64,000 bases of DNA. Origin: Rebecca billardiae RCC1528 (Eukaryota; Protista; Haptophyta). The stretch covers positions 2,480,001 to 2,544,000 of the forward strand of contig OZ251231.1 of assembly GCA_965240325.2 (NCBI GenBank), read 5' to 3'. This document shows positions 22,826-35,248 of the stretch, piece after piece. The translations under genes and the position numbers were made by a program. Each line of letters starts with the position of its first letter. The stretch's first letter is position 1. The notes under the pieces are model-generated. The model was not told where the DNA came from and did no database searches. It saw nothing but the letters and a program-made list of their open reading frames with translations.

Positions 22826-23580
22826 TAATTATGTTGACGATGCGCAAAGTCTAATTGGTGCGCGCCAGCTCTAGCAGCCTCGTCGCCGCTCCGTTCGGCC
22901 TAGCGGCTAGGCGCTAGCCCAAGGGCAAGGGCAAGGGCTGGCAAGGTTAGAAGTGGACCGTCACGGTCCAGGCGGCGGGCCAGGCTTCGTCGTCCGATCT
23001 GCGATGATCGTCCATTTCGCATTCGTCGGCGACGTCGTCCGCGTCACTACTCCGGCCGTGATGACCGCGCATCGGCTGCTCCGCGGGCCACGGTTGCAAC
23101 ACGGCCAAATGACCGCGCGACGAGCGGATGGCTGGGGCCTGCCCAGCGCCGGTTTGGAAATTCATTCGAGTCCGGGATCGCGCGCGCGCGTCGCCGCGCC
23201 CTCGCCGCGTCGTCGGCAGCCATACTGAATTTCCTCGCGCGGCGGGGGCGCTTACGACATCTGCTTTTCCCGGAATCCTGCGCTGTGTACATTATACTAT
23301 CATCGGCCAGCAGGCAGCAGTGTCTGAGCCTCAGGCTCATCACTACATCAGTCGGGCTCAGTCAGTCTCATCCGAAGGCCTTCTCCACCCGCCGCACCCC
23401 TGACCAGTCTCGGAGATCAGGCGCGCAGCATCCGCTCTGAGACGGAGTCACTGCCTGACGACGTCGACTCAAGACCGACTGCCCCACCGGCACGGCCGAC
23501 GGCGGGCGCGCGCGGCTTCAAGGACTTGTAAGGGCCAGGCCCAGGGGCAGCCGGATTATCGCGTGCCTCGTCGCGGCGGG

Positions 23581-26218
23581 TCATTCGGCACCCCGACCAT
23601 TCTGACCTGAGCCACGCCCACCATCGCGAGCGATGGCGTCACGCACCACATTCGAGAGGATGCGAAGCCCGTGGTCTGGCGCCTGTGGCGGGCGCGAGGC
23701 GCGTCCACCGGATGAGACACAACGGCACGGCAACGGCGCGCGTGAGTGCACTGCTTGTCGACGCTCGATGGCGCGCGCGCGGTCGCGCGCACGGTCGCGG
23801 CGAGGGTCGTGGCGAGAGTCGCGGCGAGGGTCGCGGCGCTTACGGTGAGGATCGATTCTGGGTGGAACTGCACCGCGCGCACAGGCAGCTGCGCGTGCTC
23901 CACCGCCATGATCACGCCGTCCTGCGCGGTCTCTGCGGTGACGAGCAGCTCGGACGGGTGCACGTCGCGCAGGCTGAAGAGAGAGTGGTACCGCGCGACC
24001 TGCGGCCGACACGGCGCGCGCGCGCACCCGCAGCCGCGGCGTTGCGCGCGGGCAGATGCCGGGGCGTCGGCGGGTGAGTAGCCGCGCGCACTCGGCGGAG
24101 CGGGCGCCGCGGCCCGGCAGGGCGCGGCCGTACCTGGAACGTGGAGGGCAGGCCCTCGAAGAGCGTCGAGCCCTTGGTCGCGCCCGCGGGGCTGAGGCGC
24201 ACGGTCGCCGGCTTGCCGTGCTGCGGGTGCGGCAGCACGCCCAGCTTGCCGCCAAAGTGCTCGACCAGCGCCTGCAGCCCGAGGCACACGCCGAAGACGG
24301 CGAGCCGGCGCTCGAGCAGCGCGCCGATCAGCTTGGAGCACTCAAAGTCGCGCGGGTTGCCCGGGCCGGGCGAGAGCACGACCAGCTGCGGCCGCAGCTC
24401 GTCCAGCGCCTCGCGTGCGTGCGAGTAGCGCACGGTCGTCACGGCCGCGCCCGTCTGCTTGAGGTAGTTGGCGAGGGTGTGGACGAACGAGTCCTGGTGG
24501 TCGACGAGCAGGACTCTGAGCGCGGGCGCGGAGCCGGCCGGCCCGCCGGCGGGCGCGGGCTGGAGCCACGGCCGCGCCGCGCCGGCGTCCTTGGGCGCGC
24601 AGCGCGTGCCCGCCGCGGCGCTCGCGTTGGCCGCGCGGATCGCGTCGCGCATCGCCGACGCCTTGAGCTCCGTCTCCGCCTCCTCGGCGGCGGGTGTCGA
24701 GTCGTAGAGCAGCGTGGCGCCCGCGCGCACGGACGCGACGCCGCGCTGGATGTGCACGGTGCGCAGCGTGAGGCCCGTGTTCACGCGGCCGTCGAAGCCG
24801 GCGAAGCCGATCGCGCCGCCGTACCACGCGCGGTGCGAGCGCTCGTGCTTCTCCACAAAGCGCATCGCCCACAGCTTGGGCGCGCCCGTGACGGTGACGG
24901 CCCACATGTGCACGAGGAAGGCGTCGAGCGCGTCGAAGCCGTCGCGCAGGTACCCCTCGACGTGGTCCACCGTGTGGATCAGGCGCGAGTACATCTCGAT
25001 CTGCCGCCGGCCGATCACCTTGACCGAGCCCGGCACGCAGATCCGAGACTTGTCGTTGCGGTCGACGTCGGTGCACATCGTGAGCTCCGACTCCTCCTTG
25101 GGGTCGGAGAGGATGGTCTTGATGTGCTCCGCGTCCTCGAGCGCGTCGCGCCCGCGCGTGATGGTGCCCGAGATCGGGCACGTCTCGACGCGCATCCCCG
25201 CCTGGTCGGGCTCGACGCGCACGAACATCTCCGGCGACGCGCCCACGAGGAACTCCGCCTCGCCCAGGTTGATCGCAAAGCCGTACGGCGACGGGTTGCG
25301 CTCGCGCAGCACGGAGAAGATGTGCGAGGGCTGCGCGGCGCACTCGTCGGCGAAGCGCTGCGAGAGCACGACCTCGAAGAGGTTGCCCACGCGGAACTCC
25401 TCCTTCGCCAGCTCGACGAGCTTGGCGAACTCGCCCGCCTCGTGGTCACGCGTCGCGTCCGGCTTGCGCGGCGCGTGCACGGACGGCGACGGCTCGCGCG
25501 GCAGCGCCGTCGTCGAGAGCTGGCCGATCGAGAACTCGTACGACACGACCCACGCCTCGCGCGCGACGACGTCGGAGACGAAGATGCGGTCCGGCAGGTA
25601 GAGCACGAGGTCGCGCTGCCCCTCCGAGCCGCGCGCCGGGCGCAGCTCCACGGGCTCGAACTGCAGCGTGAGGTCGTACCCGAACGAGCCGTACAGCCCG
25701 AGCTGCGGCTCCTCCTCCGCCTTGAAGAGCCGCACGAGGCAGCGCACGACGGAGAAGATGGAGGGCTGCTTCGAGCGCTCCTCCTCGGGGAACCAGCGCT
25801 CCGAGGTGCGCACCTCGCCGCGCAGCGTGCCCTCCACGCTCGCGTCGACGCTCGCCACCGCCGCGTCCGCCGAGAGCGCGTCCTGCACGGCACGCATGAG
25901 CACACGCCCGCGCGCGTTGAGCGCGGTCACGCGGAACGAGCGGCCCCACGCCTCGAGCACAAGCGGGGGCGCGGTGAAACCGATCGTCCAGTGCGCGTAG
26001 CGCCCGGGGAACTCGTACGACGACTCGAGGATCAGCCCTCGCTGCATGTCTATCGTCTGCACGAGCTCACGCTGCTCGCGCTCGACGTCGTCCACGGTGC
26101 GCACGGCGCAGTCGACGATGATGCCGCCCTCCGTCGTGTACCGGCCGGGCTCGGAGCGCTGCTTCGGCGCGCCCATGGTCCGCCCCTCGTGCCGCGGCCG
26201 CTTCGAACGTCCCTCCAT
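23581..26218 (-). CDS. trpE(G): Fused anthranilate synthase components I+II (TrpE-TrpG); introns 24000-24133 and 23683-23843
   Basis: LESSYEFPGRY, GNLFEVVLSQ, NPSPY, TCPISGT, ELTMCTDVDRND. GATase part DHQDSFVHTL, LSPGPG, GVCLGLQ, STFQ|VARYHSL, QFHPESILT|APDHG. The start codon is uncertain (26218, 26176 or upstream). Confidence 0.93.
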
Positions 26219-26419
26219 CCTCTCTCCCGCGCCTCCGGCGCACGTGCAGGCGAGTGCAGATGACGACAAGGGCGCCGGCCACGCGATCGAGGCCGAGAAC
26301 TGTCCCGTGTCCGGGCCGTGGGGCCGGTGAAAGCCCGGAAATGCTTCTCCACGCCCGCCCGCGCGGCCGGCGCCATCGTGACTCATCAAGCGAAGAGTGC
26401 GCCTTACGGTTTTTGTTAA

Positions 26420-28563
26420 ATGGCGGCGACGCGGCCCGCGGTGAAGAAGCTGCTCAATGAGCCCTCGCATGCGGTGGACGAGATGATCTGCGGCCTCGTC
26501 GAGGCGTGCGAGGGGCTCAACCGCCTCGACGGGCACAACGTGATCGTGCGCGCGGACGTGGAATCTGTGCGCGACACGCAAGTCGCGCTCGTCTCCGGTG
26601 CGTGCATGCAGGCGCGCGCCCTTGCGCACGCGCCGGAGCGCAGCTCGAGCGCACCCCTCGTCACGAAGCCTGACGGGCTACCGCGCCACTCGACGCGCGC
26701 GCGTGCGTGCAGGTGGCGGCAGTGGGCACGAGCCATCACACGGCGGCTGGGTGGGCGCGGGCATGCTGAGCGCCGCGGTGGCGGGCGACATCTTCGCGAG
26801 CCCGTCCACGCAGAGCGTGCTCGCGGCCATCCTGGCGACGACGGGCTCCCCTGGCTGTCTCGTCATCATCAAGAACTACACGGGCGACCGCCTCAACTTT
26901 GGGCTCGCGTGCGAGCAGGCGCGCGCTGCCGGGCTCCGCGTCGAGATGGTCGTCGTCGGGGACGACTGCGCACTGCCGAGCAATGACGCGCACCTGGCGC
27001 ACCGGCGTGGCCTCGCGGGGACGCTGCTCGTGCACAAGATCGCGGGCGCCGCCGCTGCCGCCGGGCTGCCCCTCGATGCCGTCGCTGAGGAGGCGCGGCG
27101 CGCGGCCGCGTGCGTTGGCACGATGGGTCTCTCGATCCGCGCGTGTGCGCTGCCAGCCCAGCCAGTCTCGCGCGAGATCGGCGAGGGCGACGTCGAGATC
27201 GGGCTGGGCATCCACGGTGCGCGCGTGCGGCGTGGCGCCGGCGTCTGCACCACGCGCGCCGGGCTCACCTCCGCCCCCACCGCAACCTGTCACCCTGACG
27301 GCACCCGCGCGCGCACGCGCGCGCGCGCACGCGCGCGCGCAGGTGAGCCGGGCGCACACACGCACGCGATGGGCAGTGCGGATAGCCTGGTGGATGAGCT
27401 GCTGACGCAGGTGGTCAACCCGGCGCCGGGGTTTGGGTACCTCGCACTGAGCGCGGGAGAGCCCGTCTGCCTCGTGGTGAACGGTCTCGGCGGCACCACG
27501 CCGATGGAGCTCGCCATCGCGTGCCGCCGCGCCGTGGCGGCCCTCGAGCGCGCGGACGGAATGGCCGTGCGCGTGACACGCGTGCTGGTCGGCACCTTCA
27601 TGAGCTCACTCGACATGGCCGGGCTCTCGCTGAGCGTGCTCAAGCTCGACGAGCAGCGCGCCACTCGGCTGGATGCGCCCACCGCGGCGCCCGCCTGGCC
27701 AGCGAACGGCTGTGTGCGCGTCGCGGGCAAGCAGCCGGTGGGCGCGCCTCCGGCTGTGCGCGCGCAGCACGCGCTGCGCGGCGCGCGCGCTGACCCGGCG
27801 CTGCTGCATGCCGCGCTGCGGCGCGTGTGCGAGCAGCTGATCGCGTGCGCCGCGCAGCTCAACGCGTGGGACCAGCTCGTGGGCGACGGTGACTGCGGAG
27901 ACACGCTGCGCGCGGGCGCCGAGCGCGTCCTCGCCTCGCTGGAGCAGCTGCGCTCCGAGGGCATGCTCGACGACTCGGCCGCCGCGCTCGCCGCTCTCGG
28001 CGAGAGCGCGCAGGCGATGGGCGGCTCCTCCGGCGCGCTGTACAACATCGGGCTGACTGCGGCCGCGCGCGCGGCAGCCGCGGCGGCCGCGGAGCCGGAG
28101 GCGCGCATGTGGGCGTCCGCACTCACGGCGGCCGCGGCCGCCATCTCCGACGTGGGCGGCGCCCGACCTGGCTACCGGTGTGCGCCGCGCCGCCGCGCGC
28201 CCGCCCATCCGCGCAGCGCACCGCGCGTGCGCAACGCCCGGCTCGCTCACGCGCGCATCCACCTCGCGCCGGCGCCGCGTCTCGCCGTCCAGGACGATGC
28301 TGGATGCGCTCATGCCGGCTGCCGACGCGCTGCGCGCGGCGCTCGACGCAGGGCGCCCTGCGCAGGAGGCCTTGTCGGCGTGTGTGGACGCCGCGGCGGC
28401 AGGGGCCGAGGCGACCAAGGCGATGCGCGCCAACGCGGGTCGGGCCGCGTACGTGCCCGAGGCCAGGCAACAGGGCGTGCCCGACCCCGGCGCGATGGCT
28501 GTCGCCGAGTGGCTTCGCGCCTTGCGCGCAGCGCTGTACGACGGCGGTCCTGCAGCAGCCTGA
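26420..28563 (+). CDS. DAK: Dihydroxyacetone kinase / triokinase (Dak1+Dak2); introns 26598-26712, 27217-27342, 28178-28292
   Basis: Splicing restores VALVSG|GGSGHEP, KNYTGDRLNFGLA, RRGLAGT, GLGIHG|EPG, GDGDCG, MGGSSGALY, GYR|TMLDAL and GRAAY...PDPGA. Confidence 0.94.
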
Positions 28564-29051
28564 GCCGTCTGCAAAGTGCCGCCAATCACGCACTGGCCGC
28601 AGCACCTGACGAGTGCCGGGAACGGCAACGGGGAAGCCGGAAGCGGGAAGGCGGGAAGCTGCCACAGCGCCCGCCTTCAGGCTGAAGCCAGTGCTGTACG
28701 TCGGAAGCATCAGCAGACAGCAGCGCAGATGAGAGTCTCGGTGACGGAGAGAGAGAGTGTCACTAGAGACAGAGAGACTACGGACTACTGTACCGAGTGG
28801 CGGAGTACTCTCGTGCCACTCGTCTAACCGTTACCGCCGCGCTGTTCGGTGTTCCGTGTTCGGGCCTGTTACGGTCCGCATCGCGGCGGACCTGTCGCGG
28901 ACCACGGACCGACTGACTCACTGCGCATGACCGGTGGCCGTGGGCCGCGTGGCGCGGCGCGGTCTCTTAAAGTTAAACTCTCTTTGACACTCAGTACTAC
29001 ACAAGTGAGCACTGTCTAGTCTCGGACTCAAGAGACAGAGTAGTTACATAG

Positions 29052-29173
<122 letters not shown>

Positions 29174-29970
29174 GCTTACTTAGTTACTACGCGGCAGAGT
29201 TTGTTTCAGTTTGGCGTTTGCCAGTTCACTATATGGCATCAATCATCATACGCCTTATAGCCTTAGGCTTACTCGATAACTACGACCGTATGACAGCAGC
29301 GCCGCTTTGAACGATTAGTAGCCCGCCGGTTCCGTACTAGCCTTAGCTTCACTAGAGACTACCGTGTACAGTAGACTACTAGTGAGTAGAGACGAGAGAG
29401 TCCGTGAGAGAGAGAGAGAGAGAGAGTCTGAGAGAGCCGATCGGATCGTCTGATTGATCAGTGTGAGTGATCGTAGTCCGCCATTCGGTTACTGCGTCAG
29501 GCCATTCACTCATAATCCCGGAAGGCGAAGACTATCTATGCTCGGATGACCGAGTCAGCAGCAGATCCAGTTATTACGATCGCGGTCATACTACTCATAG
29601 CCGATATAGCGTCACTTTATATATAATAATTCATCATCCGAACGGTTATGCCGATGGCTGCCGAGTCATTGATCATCATTTCGATGGCGGTGGCAGCCCG
29701 CGTGGTAGTGTTGGACAGCGAGTGCGTCCTGACCGCGGCTGCGGGACGACGGCCCGCGCGGCTGGTTGAACCACTGAGTGGTATAGTGTGGTGACTCACT
29801 AGTCACTACTCAGGTGCCCGAGCGCGGGCCCGTTAGATTGTCGGGGCGTCGGCCTGACATACCACACGCAGCAGCCTGGTAATCGGCACATCCGCCCGCC
29901 CTGATATCACACGCCTGGTAGTGTACACCCGCTTGCCGGAGCGCCGCACCCGCGCGGCGAGACTCCGTAC

Positions 29971-30765
29971 TTACTGCACTGCCGCCATGCTCGCCGTGCA
30001 CTCGCTCCGGGCCGGCGTCGGATCGAGGGGGTGCTGCAGATGGTGCGGGATCGGAGTGCAGTGAGGTGGGTATCCGTAGTCGGTGGCGTCGACGCCGGCG
30101 TACACGTTGGCCACGAGTGCACCATCGATGGCCGCCTCGACGAGAGCGGGTGTGATCACTGCCGGTGGAGGCAAGGGCGCGTCGCTCATCACAGGGGTGA
30201 CGCTCCGCACGGCCGCCGTCGCTGTGGCCGGAGCTGACGCGAGTGTGCCATGCCAGAAGGCAGCCACCTTGGTCATGTCTAGGTCGTCCACAAAGTCGGT
30301 GCTCTGCGCTGGAACCGCCGTCATCGACCGTCGCACACCGACCGGTCGCAAGCTAGGTGAGGCGACAGGCGCGGTTGGGTTCACCTGCCCGTCGGCGTTG
30401 ACAAAGACGGCAACGGCACCGACCTTCGTCGGTGCGAGCTGGGTGAGCGTAGAGGGGGACGGACCTAGGACTGGAATAGTCAGCGTGTTGCTTGTTGTTG
30501 CCGCCTGCGCTGGTGTGCTCCGACGCTGCGTGCGTCTGCGATCCGGCTTGCCGCTGGACGTGTTGCGCCTGCGCTTCTTGTGGAGGCTCGTGGCGCCATC
30601 CGGGCCTTGGCGCGTGTGCGTGCTCACGGTGTCACTCGAAGTGCTCGCGCACTCGTCGCGGCCGTTGTGCAGAGGGACTGGCGAGTACACGCAGTCGCGC
30701 GAGACTGGGAGGGAGCTGAAGCCGGCCACCACCGAGGCGCCGGCGGTCGCGTTGAGGGCTAACAT
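29971..30765 (-). CDS. Hypothetical Pro/Thr/Ala-rich protein (possibly TE-associated or non-functional)
   Basis: Open frame with basic KKRRR/KPDRRR patches, but no recognisable domain and a weaker codon bias than neighbouring genes. Confidence 0.25.
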   Translation of the reverse strand: MLALNATAGASVVAGFSSLPVSRDCVYSPVPLHNGRDECASTSSDTVSTHTRQGPDGATSLHKKRRRNTSSGKPDRRRTQRRSTPAQAATTSNTLTIPVLGPSPSTLTQLAPTKVGAVAVFVNADGQVNPTAPVASPSLRPVGVRRSMTAVPAQSTDFVDDLDMTKVAAFWHGTLASAPATATAAVRSVTPVMSDAPLPPPAVITPALVEAAIDGALVANVYAGVDATDYGYPPHCTPIPHHLQHPLDPTPARSECTASMAAVQ

Positions 30766-31327
30766 TCGCGGCGGGGGAATCGTCAAGCCGTCGTCCGACC
30801 GGTTGAGTGCGGTGCGAGTGTTGTGCGATTGCGTTCAGTGTCTCAGACTGGATCGAGTAGGAGGTACCACCCCTTGGTACCGCGATTCCGTCAAACTAGA
30901 ACCGAAGTAGAGGGGAGCACACACAATCGCCGCCCTGAGAATGACCTTTCAGGCTCTCCCCATGTCCCAGCACTAGCAACCGTTCGGCCTCTTTCGAATT
31001 GAGAGTTGTCGTTCAGATTCAGCGGAAGCTGCCGAAGCACTTCGAGCAGCCTCTCTCGCCAATCAGAGCTGTGCTTTCAGGCTGACCACATCCAAACTGG
31101 TTGATGAGCTGATTGTAACATGGTTATGCGATGTTGCGTTGACGATCCTCCCTTCCCTGTTGCCGTCGTATATGGTTGGCGTGTGACTACAAAAATGAGT
31201 ATGGTGCGTGTGTCAGTCGGCTCTCATGATCAGGGCCGCGATGAGCCCGGATCACTTCCCGCGATGAGCTCATCACTGCTTCCCGCCCGCTATGTACTTC
31301 ATTGGGCGGTGACAGTTGGCGGGCGTC

Positions 31328-31373
31328 AATCTCGCCTGCCTGAGCTGTGTGCGTCTCTTATTCTTAGTAAACT
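31328..31373. repeat. 46-bp dispersed repeat, copy 2
   Basis: aatctcgcctgcctgagctgtgtgcgtctcttattcttagtaaact, identical to 35803-35848. Confidence 0.9.
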
Positions 31374-31399
31374 GTAGTGCACGTTAAAATGTAAGGTTG

Positions 31400-31900
31400 T
31401 CGTCTGGGAATCCGGACGCCGCCCGCCGAACCGTTCGCGCCGCCGCCCGGCGCACGCGCAAGGACACGCCGCAGGAGGACCTGGGCGTGATATGCCGCGA
31501 TTTCGCGCGCGAGGCGGTGCGCGTGAGGAGCATGCGCACCGGAGGAGACCTCACAGACGCGCGCGACATGGACAACGACCTGCGCAAGGTATCTGAGTTG
31601 ATGACCGAGGCCGAGAAGTGCCGGAGCCATCAACGACAACGACAAGTGGATCAAGCAGGCGAACACCACCATCAAGCACGAGCGAGAGGTCATTCGGGAT
31701 GTCGGCAAGCTTCGTACAGCATATCTCGAAGGCGCCGCCGCACGCCTCGCGCGCTGTGCCAAGTGCAGCCGCATGGCTGAGGCTCCCGAGGGGCTGCGCT
31801 CGCTTGCGTTGTCCCACGACGGAGGGCACGACATCGATACGGGCGGGCTCAACACCGCCAACCGCCCGCCGGGGCAGGCCGACGAGACCCAGAAGCATGC
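31400..31900 (+). pseudogene. Frameshifted coding-like remnant running into the inverted repeat
   Basis: DTPQEDLGVICRDFAREAV...ELMTEAEK continues after a frame change near 31620 as AINDNDKWIKQANTTIKHEREVIRDVGKLRTAYLEG...MAEAPEG; helical-looking, GC3-rich codons. Confidence 0.35.
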
Positions 31901-32485
31901 GTTGTACTCATCGGACGCGCTCGGCGCACTCTCAGGTCGTGTTGGGCGCCCACGCGCGCGCGCGTGCTGCTACGAGCACCACGACAAGCCCAAGCGTGCA
32001 CTCGGCGGCATGCGCGTGAGCCCTGTAGCTCCGTCAGACGCCCGTGACATGGTGTCACGGACGTGCTCGCCGCAAACAATTGCAACGAAACCCGGGCGCG
32101 GACGGGCTCCCGGGTCCGAAATTTGGACGGAAGTCGGACATAAATGCGAATATCTACGTTATAACAGCCCAATATGGCCCAATTATAGGAAATATGGGTA
32201 ATATATCCGACTTCCGTCCAAATTTCGGACCCGGGAGCCCGTCCGCGCCCGGGTTTCGTTGCAATTGTTTGCGGCGAGCACGTCCGTGACACCATGTCAC
32301 GGGCGTCTGACGGAGCTACAGGGCTCACGCGCATGCCGCCGAGTGCACGCTTGGCGGCTTGTCGTGGTGCTCGTAGCAGCACGCGCGCGCGCGTGGGCGC
32401 CCAACACGACCTGAGAGTGCGCCGAGCGCGTCCGATGAGTACAACGCATGCTTCTGGGTCTCGTCGGCCTGCCCCGGCGGGCGGT
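31861..32485. repeat. Long near-perfect inverted repeat (arms 31861-32138 and 32206-32485, 67-bp AT-rich spacer)
   Basis: The arms are reverse complements except for one small indel (acaagcccaagc vs acaagccgccaagc). Confidence 0.95.
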
Positions 32486-33416
32486 AGTAGGAAGAGCCAC
32501 CGCTCTTCCGCTCGCCGCTGAGAGGCTGCCGCAGTCGCAGCGTCGGCAGACGATGCAGCAGCGCTGCTGCGGCAGTGCAAGCGCGAGCCGTGGCAGAAGT
32601 AGGGGTCGTGGGCGCGGGCGTGGGCGCGGTCGCGGGCGCGGGTGCGGCCGCTGACTCGCCCTCGTCGGAGTCGGCGCCGGGCTCGCCGCCTGCATCTCGC
32701 GTCCTTCACTCTCCGGGCCGGCGCGTAGAATACAATAGACATAGTCGTAGACCTGTAGCTTAATAATTGATGATCGATATCAGATTAACCGACACACACT
32801 CACACACACACACACCTGCCACTAGCTCGGTCGAGACCGCCGCTGATGGGGCTCATCAAGTCCACCAGTTGGGTCGGCCGAGCCCCGGGGCAGCCCTCTC
32901 GGACTACGACCGTGCAGAGTCGGACACTGCTGCAGCCCGCGCGGCGTGCGCACGCGCGGCCACGCGCCGGCGCCGTGGCCGTGCCGTCCGGGCGTCCGGC
33001 GCGGCCTCGGCGGTCCGGCCGCCGGACGGCCATCGGCCAATACCCATCGGCCAGAGATGGCTGGTCGACCGCTAACCATCGGCCATGGCCGCCTAGCGGC
33101 CAATATCATCGGTCATGGCCGGCCATATAGGCCTTATTGATTCGCACATAGGCACGCGTACTCTGATTCTGCCAATCTGACCGGCACGCGGCGGCCCGGA
33201 CGTGAGGGCGCCAGACCGATTCACAGTAGCAGCGAGTACCGCCCGTTAGTGGACTCGTCCTCCTAACTCTAAGGAGTGACCATCGTCAGTCGTCGGCAGA
33301 GCCCGGCGCATGCAGTACGGACTCGCCCCGAGGCCCGAGCAGCGCTCGGTCGCCTCGGAGCGGTCGCCGCCGGAAGTGATTGATGAGCGCTGTCGCTCGC
33401 CGGCACCACCCATTGT

Positions 33417-34895
33417 TCAGTTGCCAACTTTGTTGGCGCGGTGCATGCGCTCGAACACGGCCCAGCCCAGCACGACGGCCGCCGCGCCGGCGTAGAAGTG
33501 CGCCGCCGGCTGCCCGTGCCCGATGCCCCACGCGAAGAGGCGCGACATGAGCTTGTAGGCAACGAGCCGGTCGAGCGTGCCGACCGAGTCGAGCGCGGTG
33601 AGCGTCGCGCCCGCCTCGCCCGGCGGGGCCGCCGTGGCGATCATACCCGTGAGACCAGGGAGGCACATCGTCGCCACGGACGAGCCGAGCACGGCGAGCA
33701 CGAAGGCCACGCCCGACTTGGTCGCGCCCATCGCCGCGAGGCACGCGCCAAAGCTGAGCATGCCGATGCGCACCAAGCCGGCCTCGCCGACGAGCGGCAG
33801 CAGCAGCTTGGGGAGGAGCACGTTTGAGAGCGCGAGCACGACCCCCGAGCTCGCCTGCAGCCCCACGGCGACCGACGGCTCCCAGCCGAAGCGGTACTTG
33901 GCGTAGTTGAACATGTTGACCTGCAGCCCGTTGAGGCCGAGCCAGAAGAGGAGGAACGCTGCGGTCGCGCCCGACGCGCGGCTGTGCACGAGCCGCCAGA
34001 TGGCGGCGAGCGCGTTGGCGCGGCCCCATTCGACGCGGGGTGCGCGGCGCGGCGCCGGGAGGGTCTCGGGGCCGAATGCGCCGATGAGCGTGCCCGCCAC
34101 CAGCGCCACCACTGACGCCACCTTGAAGATGTCGCGGGGCGGGAGGTTTGCGGAGAGGATGCCGCCAGACATGCCGCCGAGGATGAACGCCGAGCCGACC
34201 GCGACGCCCTGCAGCACGCCGAGGTTGGCGGCGAGGCGGCGCGAGGGGGACACGTCCTTGACGGCGGACTGGCAGATCGGCAGCATGCACGATGTCACGC
34301 CGTCGAGCGCGCGGCCCCCGATCAGCAGCGGCATCGAGCGAGAGAAGGCGACGGTGCCCCAGCCGACGCAGATGCCAGAGCACGCGAGCAGCTGCAGGGG
34401 CTTGCGCCCGACGGCGTCAGACACGGCGCCCCAGACGGGGTCGAAGAGGAAGGTCATCAGCTGGTCCACCGACTCGAACGTCCCCTTCAGGTCGATGCCC
34501 GCCGACGACACGGCTGTCGAGCCGTCCGCGTTTGCAAGCTGGTTGCAGAAGGACGGCATCGCGACCGCGGTGAGTGCGACGGAGAGGAAGTAGGCGAAGC
34601 ACGCGAAGATGGGCCAGCCAAGGGGACCCTGCTCGGTTGGCGCGCCTTCTTCGTCGATGTCGTCCATGTCCTCCTCGTCGTACGCCCCCGACAACACCAG
34701 AGCCCGCTGTGAGCGCCGCCGCCCGGGCAGCGCTCGGCGCAACAGCTTCCCAGCGCAGCCGATGCCTAGGGCGCCGCCGCGGACGGAGCCGAGGCCAACC
34801 ACAGACAGGGCACGCGACTTGGTTGCGCCCGTCTCCTCCGCGCGCCCCGCCGCAGCGCCGCAGAGCAGCACGAGGACTCCGAGCACGCCGCGCAT
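33417..34895 (-). CDS. MFS transporter (DHA1/TetA/MFSD14-like) with N-terminal signal and transit-like extension
   Basis: Motif A WGAVSDAVGRKP, GRALDG, FGPETL and about 12 hydrophobic segments. N-terminus MRGVLGVLVLLCGAAA followed by an R/S-rich stretch. Confidence 0.88.
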   Translation of the reverse strand: MRGVLGVLVLLCGAAAGRAEETGATKSRALSVVGLGSVRGGALGIGCAGKLLRRALPGRRRSQRALVLSGAYDEEDMDDIDEEGAPTEQGPLGWPIFACFAYFLSVALTAVAMPSFCNQLANADGSTAVSSAGIDLKGTFESVDQLMTFLFDPVWGAVSDAVGRKPLQLLACSGICVGWGTVAFSRSMPLLIGGRALDGVTSCMLPICQSAVKDVSPSRRLAANLGVLQGVAVGSAFILGGMSGGILSANLPPRDIFKVASVVALVAGTLIGAFGPETLPAPRRAPRVEWGRANALAAIWRLVHSRASGATAAFLLFWLGLNGLQVNMFNYAKYRFGWEPSVAVGLQASSGVVLALSNVLLPKLLLPLVGEAGLVRIGMLSFGACLAAMGATKSGVAFVLAVLGSSVATMCLPGLTGMIATAAPPGEAGATLTALDSVGTLDRLVAYKLMSRLFAWGIGHGQPAAHFYAGAAAVVLGWAVFERMHRANKVGN

Positions 34896-35114
34896 GGCGA
34901 CTGCACGAGTCCACAAGCCACGCCCAGGAGAACTCGGCGACGCAGCGTCGCAGCGCGGCAGCGGCTGCCGCAGCGGCGGGCGGCCTTTCGCTGACGAGCG
35001 ACGAATCCGCGCCCTGCCTCTGCCGGTGGTGGGACCCCCTTGCACTGCTGGATGAACGACAATCTCCAAATCGACAGTCGAAAGCAGTCAACCACCCGTC
35101 AGGCTATTGTGACA

Positions 35115-35208
35115 CAGGGCTGGGAATTCGTCGTACAGTGACCATCACGTGTCGTCACGGCTGCCCAACAGGCGTGATCACGTGACATCACGTGACGAGT
35201 CCGGCCCA

Positions 35209-35248
<40 letters not shown>

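Noticed and set aside
30905-31130. Possible LTR boundaries (purine tract gtagaggggag; tgtaaca-tggttatg resembling an LTR end plus PBS)
   Set aside because: No second LTR, no TG start after the purine tract, and no gag/pol motifs in the window.
31328-31373. 46-bp repeat as a spliced-leader exon
   Set aside because: No conserved GT donor or Sm-site-containing downstream sequence is shared among the copies.
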